Assembly: GCA_965234725.1 (NCBI GenBank)
Contig: CBDDUX010000058.1
Coordinates: 1-46,874, forward strand
DNA: 46,874 nucleotides
DNA from: Thermoplasmatota archaeon
GTDB lineage: Archaea; Thermoplasmatota; Penumbrarchaeia; Penumbrarchaeales; Penumbrarchaeaceae
Reading direction: 5' to 3'
In this document: in pieces, positions 30,677-40,294 of the stretch
How positions within the stretch are numbered: position 1 is the first letter of the stretch
How the letters are laid out: every line of letters starts with the position of its first letter
Made by a program: the position numbers and the translations under genes
The notes under the pieces: generated by a model
What the model was told of the DNA's origin: nothing
Databases searched by the model: none
What the model saw: the letters and a program-made list of their open reading frames with translations, nothing else

Positions 30677-31910
30677 GAGCTATCTTTCTTGCCACAAGGA
30701 AATATGCCAGGTATCTTGGGACAGTTTCAGGACCTTCCTTTAACCTCCAACTTTTCCCACCCATATCCATATCGAGGTCTTTTTGCATGTTAACATTGAC
30801 CGAATCCGATGGCAGAATCACAGCATCGATAAGGGGATCGAACCTGTCGATGCAGGAAAGGTCCTTCTCGATCTCTATGACCTTCAATCCTGTTTTACCA
30901 TGAAGAGAACCGGGACATCTGATGAGCCTCTTGATGTCCGTGGTAACAGGTTCATCTGTCTCACCGGCAAGATTAACGGATGAGTAGGAGGCGGCAAGTC
31001 TGAGGAAATCGTTGTCCATGGCCTTGGTGGAGGTGATGGAAAATTTGTCCTCTTTCACCATCCTTTCCGCGGTGTTCCCCTTCCCGCTGTAGAACAGATC
31101 ATCAATTATCGATTCACATTTTCGATCCTTTATCCCGAGGTCCTTTGAAACCGATATCTCGAGCAGTCTTCTGACCTTATCTTTCCTGTCTTCAAATCTA
31201 TTCAGGTCCATTATAAGAGCATCCTTTCCTTCGTAGATCTTGCCTATCCATCCACCATTCTCCCTGCTCCTGAAATCCCTCCTCTTCTTCACCGAGCCGA
31301 ACCTGGCATTGACATCTGTTATTATCCAAGGGAAGAGGATCTCTGGATCGAGGTTCCGTCCTGTGATATAGTCCACTATCTGTCTTCGGTCCCTGGAATC
31401 CATCTTCAGGACCTCCGGGGACCTCACATGGATGTGATATCCCCTCCCACCGGAGAAATGGAGATGTGTATGCTCCTCAGGAAGGCCCAGGTCCCCCAGG
31501 ATGAAATCGAAAAGAAGTCTCTTTACTTCCTCCTTTACAGAAGCAAGCTGCTCCGGATAGGTCATGCTCTCAGCATCAGGGAGATGGTCCGCATCCAGAT
31601 CGAAGATGAGATCAGCTCCAAGCCAGGTCTTGAACTTCTCTCCCATTGGTTGAAGTCCGGGATCCCCGTAGTATGCCACCGAATAATATGCATGCATGGG
31701 ATAGGACTCCCTGAAGAAGGAATCGAGATCCTCCTTTCTCTGGAATGCAATGTGCCTGAACATCATCTTCCCGCCAAAAGGAAAGAAACCCCATTCCCTT
31801 CGCGTGAACCTGTGAGGTGGAGTAACCTGATGATCCAGGTAATACTCCCTGAAGCATTTTACAAGGAATATCTGCTCCTTCGTGGGAGGACTTCCATCAC
31901 CATACCTCAT
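30666..31910 (-). CDS. priS: DNA primase small (catalytic) subunit
   Basis: REWGF, YYSVAYY, WLGADLIFDLDADHL, FSGGRGYHIH, DEPVTTDIKRLIRCPGSLHGKTG. Confidence 0.95.
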   Translation of the reverse strand: MRYGDGSPPTKEQIFLVKCFREYYLDHQVTPPHRFTRREWGFFPFGGKMMFRHIAFQRKEDLDSFFRESYPMHAYYSVAYYGDPGLQPMGEKFKTWLGADLIFDLDADHLPDAESMTYPEQLASVKEEVKRLLFDFILGDLGLPEEHTHLHFSGGRGYHIHVRSPEVLKMDSRDRRQIVDYITGRNLDPEILFPWIITDVNARFGSVKKRRDFRSRENGGWIGKIYEGKDALIMDLNRFEDRKDKVRRLLEISVSKDLGIKDRKCESIIDDLFYSGKGNTAERMVKEDKFSITSTKAMDNDFLRLAASYSSVNLAGETDEPVTTDIKRLIRCPGSLHGKTGLKVIEIEKDLSCIDRFDPLIDAVILPSDSVNVNMQKDLDMDMGGKSWRLKEGPETVPRYLAYFLVARKIALIS

Positions 31911-32246
31911 CGCTTGGAGAGAATAATGGTTGATAAATCACTTTGACAGAGGGATGGTGAAAGTATACCTTATTGATAGGAAACATTGTGTTACAGATCG
32001 GATGCCATCAAGGTTTTACATACAATAGGTCCCAAATGCATGAACCGGAGAAAACTGGCCACGCCATGTGTGTATGGGTGGTCACATAAAATAGATATAT
32101 CAATGAGCGGTTTCTCGGCCGGTCATCCATCGGGACAGGTCCTGTTCAAAGCACGGAACCTCATTTCCCATCTTGTTATTTGAGGGGCGACCAGACACGA
32201 TATTATCGTCGATCGACCATACAAAGGGGGTATCACAATAAAGGCA

Positions 32247-34136
32247 ATGAGCAAAAGGGAATGGCTGAACTTCATAGACAGGCTCATCAAGGAGGATGAG
32301 AGTGAGATCGTAGGTGTCAAGGCAAAGGGGTCCAAATTCCAGTTTGCTCCTCTGGATGCTGCGGAAGAATTGAGGCTTGATTACGATGTTACTATCCTCC
32401 CTCCCAAGAAACAGCTCCTCCCTCCCCATGAGGACCTCATGAGCTATGATATATCCAAACCTTTCAATGTCCTGTCTAGTATCGATGACGGAAAGAAGAT
32501 CCTTGTGGGGGTCCACCCCTACGATGTCATTGCGATCCAGCAGATGGACGAGATCTATCTTGGGACCCACCGTGACGAACACTATGACAATAGGAGGAAG
32601 AACACACTCATCATCGCTTCAGACATACTCAATGTACCTGAAAGATCATTTTCAGGAAGCTTGGGTACACATATCGTTGAAACCGGCTTTGACCTGCTTG
32701 TCACCGATCTTGGTGATACAGTAGCTGTCACGATCGGCACCCCGGCTGGAAAGGAACTGCTTGAGAAATATTCTGAACCTAAAGAAGCAAACAGCAGCGA
32801 GGTCACCAGAGTGAAAAGGTTGAGAGAGGAGCTGCCGGATAAATATCAAAGAAAGCTCAAAGTCGATAAATACCAGTGGGAGAAACTTCTTGAGGAGAAT
32901 TACGAACACCCCATATGGGAGGAGAATTCAAAGAAATGCCTTACCTGTGGAAGCTGCACTCTGGTTTGCCCAACCTGTTTTTGCTATGATGTCGAAGATG
33001 TCATGAACATCAATATGAAGCAGGGCAGGAGGGTCAGGACATGGGATGGATGCCTCCTGAGGGATTTCACACTTGTAGCCGGTGGAGAGGTTTTCAGGGA
33101 GGATATAAGGGACAGATACAGACACCGTTACTACAGGAAAGGTCTCTACCTGCCGGTAAGGAACGGTTTCGTGGCATGTGTCGGATGCGGTAGATGTGCC
33201 ACTCAGTGTTTGCCCGACATAGCGGATCCCTGCGAGGTCATCAACACCCTGGCATCTTACTCCATGCATGAAAAGGTGAAATTCCCTATACCCGATGTCA
33301 AACAAGCAGGTATAGAAGAAGGTCTCCTGGTCCCGGAACCTGCTACCATAAAAAGGAAAGAAAAAATGACAGAACTGGAGACCCTGTACGAGATCGAACT
33401 GGATAATGGAGAAACATTGAAACACAAACCAGGACAGTTCGTGGAACTATCCATCTTCGGTATAGGGGAGGCTCCCATCTCCATTTCCTCATCTCCCGGA
33501 GGGAAAAGGTTCGAACTACTGGTTCGGAGAATAGGACACGTCACCACCAAGCTGGAATCCTTGGATATAGGAGAGAAGATCGGAATAAGGGGTCCCTTTG
33601 GCAACGGTTTCGATGTGAAGGAACTTGAAAGAAAGGACATCCTGTTCGTATCCGGAGGATGTGGTCTTGCACCTACAAGATCTTTGATCAATTACGTGAT
33701 GGAACATCGAAACGATTTCGGCAAGGTGACCATACTTTACGGATGTAAGGAACCAAAGGCCATTCTTTTCGATCGGGATCTCAATAGCTGGGGAGATGTG
33801 AAGGATGTGGTGGTGAAAAGGACAGTGGATTCATGCTCGGATGGTGAATGCTGGGATGGAGATGTTGGTCTGATAACAACACTGATCCCACCACTTGATA
33901 TCGATCCCGCCAATACAATTGGCATAGTAGTCGGACCACCTGTGATGTATAAATTCGTCCTGAAGGAACTTAAAGCAAAGGAGATCCCTGATGACAATAT
34001 CATCGTCTCCCTCGAAAGGAGAATGAAATGCGGTGTGGGAAAATGCGGACACTGCCAGATGAACGGGATCTATGTCTGTCTTGAGGGTCCGGTTTTCAAA
34101 TACACCGATGTTAAGGATATACCGGAGGCATTCTAA
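32247..34136 (+). CDS. hydBG: Fused beta (4Fe-4S) + gamma (FAD/NAD(P), 2Fe-2S) subunits of a group 3b soluble hydrogenase
   Basis: N-half CLTCGSCTLVCPTCFC and CVGCGRCATQC; C-half PGQFVEL..GEAPISISS, RGPFGNGF, GGCGLAP, GPPVM, ERRMKCGVGKCGHC...CLEGP, all in one frame. Confidence 0.88.
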   Translation: MSKREWLNFIDRLIKEDESEIVGVKAKGSKFQFAPLDAAEELRLDYDVTILPPKKQLLPPHEDLMSYDISKPFNVLSSIDDGKKILVGVHPYDVIAIQQMDEIYLGTHRDEHYDNRRKNTLIIASDILNVPERSFSGSLGTHIVETGFDLLVTDLGDTVAVTIGTPAGKELLEKYSEPKEANSSEVTRVKRLREELPDKYQRKLKVDKYQWEKLLEENYEHPIWEENSKKCLTCGSCTLVCPTCFCYDVEDVMNINMKQGRRVRTWDGCLLRDFTLVAGGEVFREDIRDRYRHRYYRKGLYLPVRNGFVACVGCGRCATQCLPDIADPCEVINTLASYSMHEKVKFPIPDVKQAGIEEGLLVPEPATIKRKEKMTELETLYEIELDNGETLKHKPGQFVELSIFGIGEAPISISSSPGGKRFELLVRRIGHVTTKLESLDIGEKIGIRGPFGNGFDVKELERKDILFVSGGCGLAPTRSLINYVMEHRNDFGKVTILYGCKEPKAILFDRDLNSWGDVKDVVVKRTVDSCSDGECWDGDVGLITTLIPPLDIDPANTIGIVVGPPVMYKFVLKELKAKEIPDDNIIVSLERRMKCGVGKCGHCQMNGIYVCLEGPVFKYTDVKDIPEAF

Positions 34137-34883
34137 ATGAAACCGAGAGTGGCATTTTTCGATTTCGCAAGCTGTGAAGGCTGCCAACTACAGGTGGTCA
34201 ACCTGGAGGAGAAGATCCTTGATCTGATAGATGTTGTTGAGGTAGTGTCCTTCAGAGAAGCAATGAAAGAGCATTCGGATGAATATGACATAGCCTTCAT
34301 CGAAGGATCAATAATGAGACCAATGGACGAGGAAAGGTTGAAAAAGATCAGAAAGAACGCCAAGATACTCGTTGCCTTAGGGGCTTGCGCTTGCATCGGC
34401 GGAGTGAATAAACTGAGGAATGAATGGTCTGTTGAAAATGTGAAGAAAGAGGTCTATGGCAATGCAGATATCAAGGATAACAAGTTCTTTGATGCATTCC
34501 CTACAAAAGCGGTGGACGAGGTAGTGGAAGTGGACTTCTACATACCAGGTTGTCCCATAAATAAGGTTGAGTTCGCCAAGGTCGTATCCCATCTTGCAAT
34601 AGGGAAGACACCGAGGCTACCCAACTATCCCGTCTGTGTAGAGTGTAAGAAGAACGAGAACATCTGTGTTTTCGAACTTGGAAAATTCTGCCTTGGTCCG
34701 GTTACCAGAGCCGGATGCAATGCCATCTGTCCAACCTTTGGAGACGGATGTGAAGGATGCCGTGGATATCTTGATAATCCAAAGATGCAGCAGCAGAAGG
34801 ATATTTTAAGAAAATACGGGGTCAAATTCGATGACATGATGAAGCGTTTTAACATGTTCAACTATAAGAAGGGGGTGTTTTGA
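34137..34883 (+). CDS. hydD: Group 3b hydrogenase small (delta) subunit
   Basis: SCEGCQ, IEGS, GACA, PGCP, PVCVEC, CLGPVTRAGCNAICP, CEGCRG. Confidence 0.92.
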   Translation: MKPRVAFFDFASCEGCQLQVVNLEEKILDLIDVVEVVSFREAMKEHSDEYDIAFIEGSIMRPMDEERLKKIRKNAKILVALGACACIGGVNKLRNEWSVENVKKEVYGNADIKDNKFFDAFPTKAVDEVVEVDFYIPGCPINKVEFAKVVSHLAIGKTPRLPNYPVCVECKKNENICVFELGKFCLGPVTRAGCNAICPTFGDGCEGCRGYLDNPKMQQQKDILRKYGVKFDDMMKRFNMFNYKKGVF

Positions 34884-36179
34884 ATGGCACAGGACCTGAA
34901 TGTTGAAGTTAAACATCTGACCAGAGTTGAAGGTCATGGAAATATCTATCTGAATGCAAAGTCCGGACATGTTGAAAATGTACTTTGGGAAGTCGATGAG
35001 GCCCCACGGTTTTTTGAAGCAATGGTGAGGGGGAAGAGCTACAGCCAGCTCTCTCACATCACATCAAGGATCTGCGGCATTTGCTCGATCGGCCATTCAC
35101 TAGCATCTTTGAAGGCCACAGAATCTGCAATGGGAGTCAAGATATCCAAGCAAACGGAAATGTTGAGAAGATTGGCATTACATGGCGAGAACCTTCAGAG
35201 CCACTCTCTTCATGTAGGGTATCTAGTTGCACCGGATCTGCTAGGGGTAGGATCGGTGATCCCTCTTGTTAAAACTGCAAAGGATGCAGTAGTAAAGATC
35301 GTGACCCTTCATAGGCTGGCTAATTATCTTTCGGACATCACTTGTGGAAGGACAACTCATCCGATCTCATTGGATGTTGGAGGATTCACCCATATCCCTT
35401 CCGAAAAGGAGTTGCTAGGTGTAAGGGACCAGCTTGAAGAAGCTATGAAGGTAACTGCAGATGTTGCCGGAGTCGTTCTTGCAAATGCAGACAAACTTCC
35501 TGATTTTGTCAGAGAAACCGAGTTCATAGGTCTGACCAATGACGACCATTATGCAATGTATGATGGTTTGATAGCATCCACTGATGGAGGAAAATGGCCT
35601 GCAGAAGATTACCTCTCCATCACCAACGAATACGTTGTTGGTCAATCAACTGCAAAATATGCAAAACACAACAGGGATTCTTATTTTGTTGGAGCACTTG
35701 CAAGGTTCAATCTGAACTATGACAAACTGACACCTGAGGCGAAGGATGTTGCCAAGATGTTCGGTTTGAAACCGGTCTGTCACAATCCCTTCATGAACAG
35801 TATTGCCCAGACCGTTGAGATCATGGATTCCCTGGTTGATTCCATCCATTTGATCGATGAATTGATCGATAATGGACTTCATGAAGAAGAATACAAAGTC
35901 GAGGTCCAGGCAGGCAGGGGTATTGGAGCTGTTGAGGTCCCCCGTGGTATCCTATTCCATGATTATACCATCAATAAACTGGGTAATTGTGTGAAGGCCA
36001 ATTGTATCATTCCAACGAACCAGAACCATGGAAATATCCAAAAGGATATGGAGGCCCTTGCTCCAAAGATAATTGAAAAACCGCATAAGGAAGTGGAATT
36101 GACACTTGAAATGCTTGTAAGGGCCTATGACCCATGTATTTCATGTTCAACCCATTATCTCGATGTCAGGTTCGTTTGA
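34884..36179 (+). CDS. hydA: Group 3b [NiFe] hydrogenase large (alpha) subunit
   Basis: TRVEGHG, SRICGICS, EVPRGILFH, DPCISCSTH plus a short cleavable tail. Confidence 0.94.
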   Translation: MAQDLNVEVKHLTRVEGHGNIYLNAKSGHVENVLWEVDEAPRFFEAMVRGKSYSQLSHITSRICGICSIGHSLASLKATESAMGVKISKQTEMLRRLALHGENLQSHSLHVGYLVAPDLLGVGSVIPLVKTAKDAVVKIVTLHRLANYLSDITCGRTTHPISLDVGGFTHIPSEKELLGVRDQLEEAMKVTADVAGVVLANADKLPDFVRETEFIGLTNDDHYAMYDGLIASTDGGKWPAEDYLSITNEYVVGQSTAKYAKHNRDSYFVGALARFNLNYDKLTPEAKDVAKMFGLKPVCHNPFMNSIAQTVEIMDSLVDSIHLIDELIDNGLHEEEYKVEVQAGRGIGAVEVPRGILFHDYTINKLGNCVKANCIIPTNQNHGNIQKDMEALAPKIIEKPHKEVELTLEMLVRAYDPCISCSTHYLDVRFV

Positions 36180-36192
36180 AACATATGATATC

Positions 36193-36224
36193 TGGCCTCC
36201 TTCTCCGGAGGCCAATTTCTTCTT
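36193..36224 (+). terminator. Hairpin after hydA
   Basis: TGGCCTCC-TTCTCC-GGAGGCCA (8-bp stem) followed by a pyrimidine-rich tract. Confidence 0.5.
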
Positions 36225-36256
36225 TCTCCAAATCAATATATAACGGGGGATTCTCT

Positions 36257-36727
36257 ATGAGATCAATGGATAGAACCGCGGTCATTGGTGTTGGGAATGA
36301 TCTCATGGGAGATGATGCCATTGGTCCTCACATCGTGAGGGAACTCATCAAAAGAAAGGTCCTCCCGGAAGAGGTCCTTCTCATTGATGAGGGGAGAGGA
36401 GGAATGAGACTGGTCCACCATATCAAGGATATAGACCGGGTAATCATCATCGATGCTGCAGATATTGGGAAGGACCCGGGGGAGTATGTTGTGTTCAGAC
36501 CAGAAGAGGTGGAATCGATCAAGGACCTCTCCGGTACGAATATCCATGAATGGGACCTCCTTAAGATGCTGGAATTGTCAAAGATGCTTGGAGAATGCCC
36601 TGAGGAGGTCCTGATCCTTGCGATCCAGCCAAAAGACCTGAAGTTGGGAGAGGAGATCTCTACCGAGTTATTGGAAAGAGTAGGGGAGTACATTAAGGAA
36701 GTATTGGAGCTTCTTAAGGATACTTGA
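36257..36727 (+). CDS. Hydrogenase maturation protease (HyaD/HybD family)
   Basis: VIGVGNDLMGDDAIG, IIDAA, NIHE, IQP; start at ATG 36257 or 36266, after a TATA-like AATATATAA. Confidence 0.88.
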   Translation: MRSMDRTAVIGVGNDLMGDDAIGPHIVRELIKRKVLPEEVLLIDEGRGGMRLVHHIKDIDRVIIIDAADIGKDPGEYVVFRPEEVESIKDLSGTNIHEWDLLKMLELSKMLGECPEEVLILAIQPKDLKLGEEISTELLERVGEYIKEVLELLKDT

Positions 36728-36785
36728 TCGAATATCTTGCAGATAGAGAATTATAAATAAGTTCAAATCCAATCTACAATGGGGT

Positions 36786-38114
36786 TTGAATTTGAATCAG
36801 AAGAGAGTAATTGGTCTCATTTTAATAAAATGGAATATCATTATATCCGTAATTCTTTCAATAATATCATCCATTTTTGTAATCCTATACCTAACCCTCG
36901 ATTACGAACAAATATTCAATTTGATCAAATGGGATAGGATCAGAATCGTGTTCCACTACATTGTCTACTTGATATCCATCATTCTTCTAGGTACAGGTAT
37001 TTACCTGATGATGAATAACAGCATATCAGAAAAACATAAAAAAGACCTGAAACTTGCATTCATTTTCTTCTGGATCGTAGTTACAGTATTCGTGGTCGAG
37101 ACCATCTTCAATTTCCTTGTAAGACCAAAGGATACCGTTGATTATTACAGAATATTAATAATCAGGGATATTGTATTCAGACCCATCAATATTGTCACTT
37201 TATTCCTTTCTCTGATGACATTGGTTATTCCTGTCTGGAGACTTTCTACGAAAAGGTCCAGGGACCTTTTATTCATCTGTTTCTTTCTGTTTGTGATTAG
37301 CTATCCAGTCCAGTTTCTTATTTATTTTGCATTTCTGCTTACGATATTTTCAATCCCGATATTGTATATAACTCTTGTAGTTATACTGCTTCCGACAGTG
37401 ATTTCATTGGTCGCAAAAATCATCATGATATTTGTATATTCAAAAATTATAAAGAAAGAGAGAGTAGAGGAAGATATTGAAGAGGCACCAATAATAAATG
37501 GAAATCTGTTCTTCAGAGAGAGGTTCCCTACCATTATCAGGAAACCAGTTCCAGCTATCATAGTTTTCTTCATGGTGGGATTAATAATTGGATCGGTAAT
37601 GGGCCTCAGGACCTACAGTATCAATTCTGATGTCTTTGATAATAACACAAATGATGAATGGTCACTATTGGTAGAGAGGGAGCAAAATTCAGAGGTCAGA
37701 TCGATTTCAGGTATGGTCACTGAATCCGATGATGATGTGCATATGATGGAAGTGGGAAAAAAAGTGATTTCAATTATTGTAGAATTAAGCTGGGAAGATG
37801 AGGCTGCTCCCAGAATGACGAGAAATCAACCGGATGTTTTCACTCTCACGACATCTTTCAGTGAGGATATGGAATTCAATAAAGAGCAGAAGATGGGAGC
37901 AAACCCTGAAAACGGGATAGGATCGTTGGATATAAATTATGAATATGATCCGGATATCGGTCAATATTATAGTGAATTCTTCGTATCGATTGAATTGACG
38001 GAAGCTGGTGATGTGTTGGGCCCTGCAGGTTTTATTGTGAGATCCCAGGATACAAGGAATGAATACGATCTGAGAATCGAGGTGACCTTCATCGAGGAAA
38101 TCTTTGAAACTTGA
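36786..38114 (+). CDS. Polytopic membrane protein with an acidic C-terminal extracellular domain
   Basis: About seven hydrophobic segments followed by a beta-rich acidic domain (VELSWEDE...NQPDVFTL); TTG start. Confidence 0.7.
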   Translation: MNLNQKRVIGLILIKWNIIISVILSIISSIFVILYLTLDYEQIFNLIKWDRIRIVFHYIVYLISIILLGTGIYLMMNNSISEKHKKDLKLAFIFFWIVVTVFVVETIFNFLVRPKDTVDYYRILIIRDIVFRPINIVTLFLSLMTLVIPVWRLSTKRSRDLLFICFFLFVISYPVQFLIYFAFLLTIFSIPILYITLVVILLPTVISLVAKIIMIFVYSKIIKKERVEEDIEEAPIINGNLFFRERFPTIIRKPVPAIIVFFMVGLIIGSVMGLRTYSINSDVFDNNTNDEWSLLVEREQNSEVRSISGMVTESDDDVHMMEVGKKVISIIVELSWEDEAAPRMTRNQPDVFTLTTSFSEDMEFNKEQKMGANPENGIGSLDINYEYDPDIGQYYSEFFVSIELTEAGDVLGPAGFIVRSQDTRNEYDLRIEVTFIEEIFET

Positions 38115-38187
38115 TTTGTAAGAACCGTATGATTAAAATAATACCCCTGATTACTCCTATTGCCTCGCATCAGAGGGTGAATTCTAC

Positions 38188-38261
38188 GGGCCAGTAGCTT
38201 AGCCTGGTGGAGCACCCGGCTCATAACCGGGTGGTCGTCGGTTCGAATCCGGCCTGGCCCA
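38188..38261 (+). tRNA. tRNA with CAU anticodon, most likely tRNA-Ile2 (agmatidine type)
   Basis: Acceptor GGGCCAG/CTGGCCC, anticodon arm CCCGG-CTCATAA-CCGGG (CAT 38222-38224), TTCGAAT loop, A73, no encoded CCA. The GGGC start fits archaeal Ile2 rather than initiator Met (A1-U72) or elongator Met. T-runs follow downstream. Confidence 0.9.
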
Positions 38262-38379
38262 TTCTTATTTAGGTTCAAGTCACTTTTTTTTGAAAATTTT
38301 AATTTAATTTTTTTTTGGGGGTGATCCATAGCAGCTTACAGTGATCATGAAATAGTGTTTTCATATCTAAATAGATTTC

Positions 38380-38753
38380 ATCAGAACGCTTTGTTAAGCG
38401 TTTATTCGGATTATCGACCTTTACCTTGGAGGGATCGAAATCTTTGAGATTATTATTCCCTACCCATTCAAGGAATTCCTTGTCGTTTTCATTCCTCTGT
38501 CCATTCCTAAGGATCCTGATGATATCGCTATATTCCCAAGGACCTCCGCAATCTTACGGGGGACAAGCTCTTTTTCCATCGATGTAAATGGGATATTTAA
38601 AGAACCATCATTGGTATTTATACCTCTTAAAAGGATTCTATGTTTCCAGCCGTCCCTAAAATCGCAAAAGTAACTAGATTTCTTACTATTCATGGTAAAG
38701 TGATCTGAGATTTTAAGTTCATACCCTGGTAGAACAACCATTCCGATTGTCAA
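38380..38753 (-). pseudogene. Degraded plasmid pRiA4b ORF-3 family gene
   Basis: YFCDFRDGWKHRILL in one frame; after a frameshift, KYPIYIDGKRACPP*DCGGPWEY...EFLEWVG...DFDPSKV. Matches the family motifs YDFGDxWxH and CPPEDCGG, with E changed to a stop. Boundaries approximate. Confidence 0.72.
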
Positions 38754-38905
38754 GTCATCCTTTCTTGGGATAATCTTGAGAGGTTAATAACCTTTTGTAT
38801 GAAGATTGGTATGTGAACCGGTCAACAAGTCGCTTTGGTGTGGATCAAATTGACCTCATATCCAAGTGCCTTCAACCTGTTCACAGCATTTCATTTTGAA
38901 TTTTC

Positions 38906-39973
38906 GGTGGTGTCCTAAAATAGGTACCTTATTGTATATCTAAATCCATTACCTATACGGTGATGGGATGGCGTGTCCAAGAGGAGTAATCGAGGTCACG
39001 TGTACAAATCCTAAGTGCAGATATTTCGACAAGGAGACTGGAAAGAACATCATTAAGAAAGGTAAGAATCCAGCTGGGCACCAAAGATACTTCTGCCTTT
39101 GGTGTAACACCTATTTCGTCGAGACATCTGGCACTCCATATTTCTATAAGCATTTGTCAGAAAAGGAAATAGACCAGATCTGTAGACTCCTTGTCGAGAA
39201 GAATGGAATCAGAAGTATCGAACGCATTACTGGACATCATCGAGACACCATCGGTAGGCTGATGGAAGATATAGCCGAACATGCAAAGATGATAACTGAA
39301 CACCTTGTTCATGATCTTGGTCTAACCCCATTGGAATGTGATGAACTTTGGTCTACAGTTAAAAAAAACAGAAAAAGGTTAAGCGTGAAAGCCCAAATCG
39401 AGCTGAAGAAGGTGATGCCTGGATCTATACCTGCATAAAACGACACACCTATTTTTTCGTGGCTTTTTCTGTTGGCAAATGGACCCAGAAGACCTGTACC
39501 TCATTGATTGATCATGTTTTCGACCGTATGGAGCTTCCGTTTCCGGACAGCGTAATTGATTTCTTTACAGATGGGAACGATGATTATACCTATGTTCTCC
39601 CGAAATATTATGCCAAGACCTGCATGAATTATGGACAGTTGGTTAAGATCAGAGAGAGGGGAACATTGATTGGCAAGGACAGGCGAACCATTTTTAGTGA
39701 GGTTGAACAAAGAGATATTGAAACAACAGATGTAGAGAATTTCAATGGGATCCTACGTGAGAGGAATGGCAGGCTTGTGAGGAAAAGAAAATGTTTCTCG
39801 AAGGAGAAGTGTGAGCTTGAGAACCATCTTCATCTGTTCCAGTTCTATTTGAATTTCATGAACAACTTCAGAATAAACACTTCTCCAGCAATGCTGGAAG
39901 GTTTAACAACCCATGTCTGGACTTGGAAGGATTTTTTTACTTTAGGAAAAGTGCCATAAGTTAGGACACTATC
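38906..39973 (+). mobile_element. IS1-family insertion sequence
   Basis: Imperfect terminal inverted repeats GGTGGTGTCCTAA (38906) and reverse-complement GATAGTGTCCTAA (ending 39973) enclose an InsA/InsB-type ORF pair; no exact target duplication seen. Confidence 0.85.
38968..39959 (+). CDS. IS1-family transposase produced by a -1 frameshift joining ORFs 38968-39438 and 39459-39959
   Basis: Zn ribbon (CTNPKC...QRYFCLWC), HTH (GIRSIERITGHHRDTI), ECDELW, then A8C at 39361-39369. The -1 frame reads KKQKK...GDAWIYTCIKRHTYFFVAFSVGKW...FTDG...VENFNGILRERNGRLVRK. Confidence 0.85.
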
Positions 39974-40234
39974 GTATTTTGAGCAACTACGTTGACAAAT
40001 ATCGAGATAAATCACTCAGCAACCGATGGTAAAAACCCATTTGTCAAATTGGATTTCGGCATTTCGAATCGGGCTGATCAGTGTTGGGGAAAGCTATTTG
40101 GGGAGGTTAGGTATATGTGAGGAAAATGGCGTTTGTTCGAGATCACTAAGAATCAGAGAACGATACTCGAATCGCTTGAGATCAACTTATCCTTGAACCC
40201 CTACACCTCGTTACTATTTTTCCGGGAGTTTAAG
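39974..40234 (+). pseudogene. Possible 3' remnant of a DDE transposase with an IS end
   Basis: One frame reads GKWRLFEITKNQRTILESLEI, resembling the C-terminus of IS1634/IS4-type transposases, followed by CCGGGAGTTTAAG (IS-end-like); stops upstream. Confidence 0.35.
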
Positions 40235-40294
40235 ATGCTTAGAAGGAAGTTTTAATCCGCCTTGCAGGCTTGAGATAAAATGTTAAACCAATAT

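Noticed and set aside
34884..36179. Selenocysteine or pyrrolysine recoding in the hydrogenase operons
   Set aside because: No in-frame TGA or TAG at ligand positions. The abutting stop-ATG junctions (21863/21864, 23360/23361, 34136/34137, 34883/34884) each precede a normal subunit start.
38188..38261. tRNA-Met (initiator or elongator)
   Set aside because: It lacks A1-U72 and the three consecutive G-C anticodon-stem pairs of initiators, and the GGGC acceptor start fits Ile2; not fully excluded without a covariance-model score.
376..38329. Numerous ORF-track entries antisense to or overlapping real genes (e.g. 376-1053, 12692-13369, 22959-23570, 31428-31946, 37967-38329)
   Set aside because: Shadow frames of well-supported genes or of the tRNA; no recognisable motifs.
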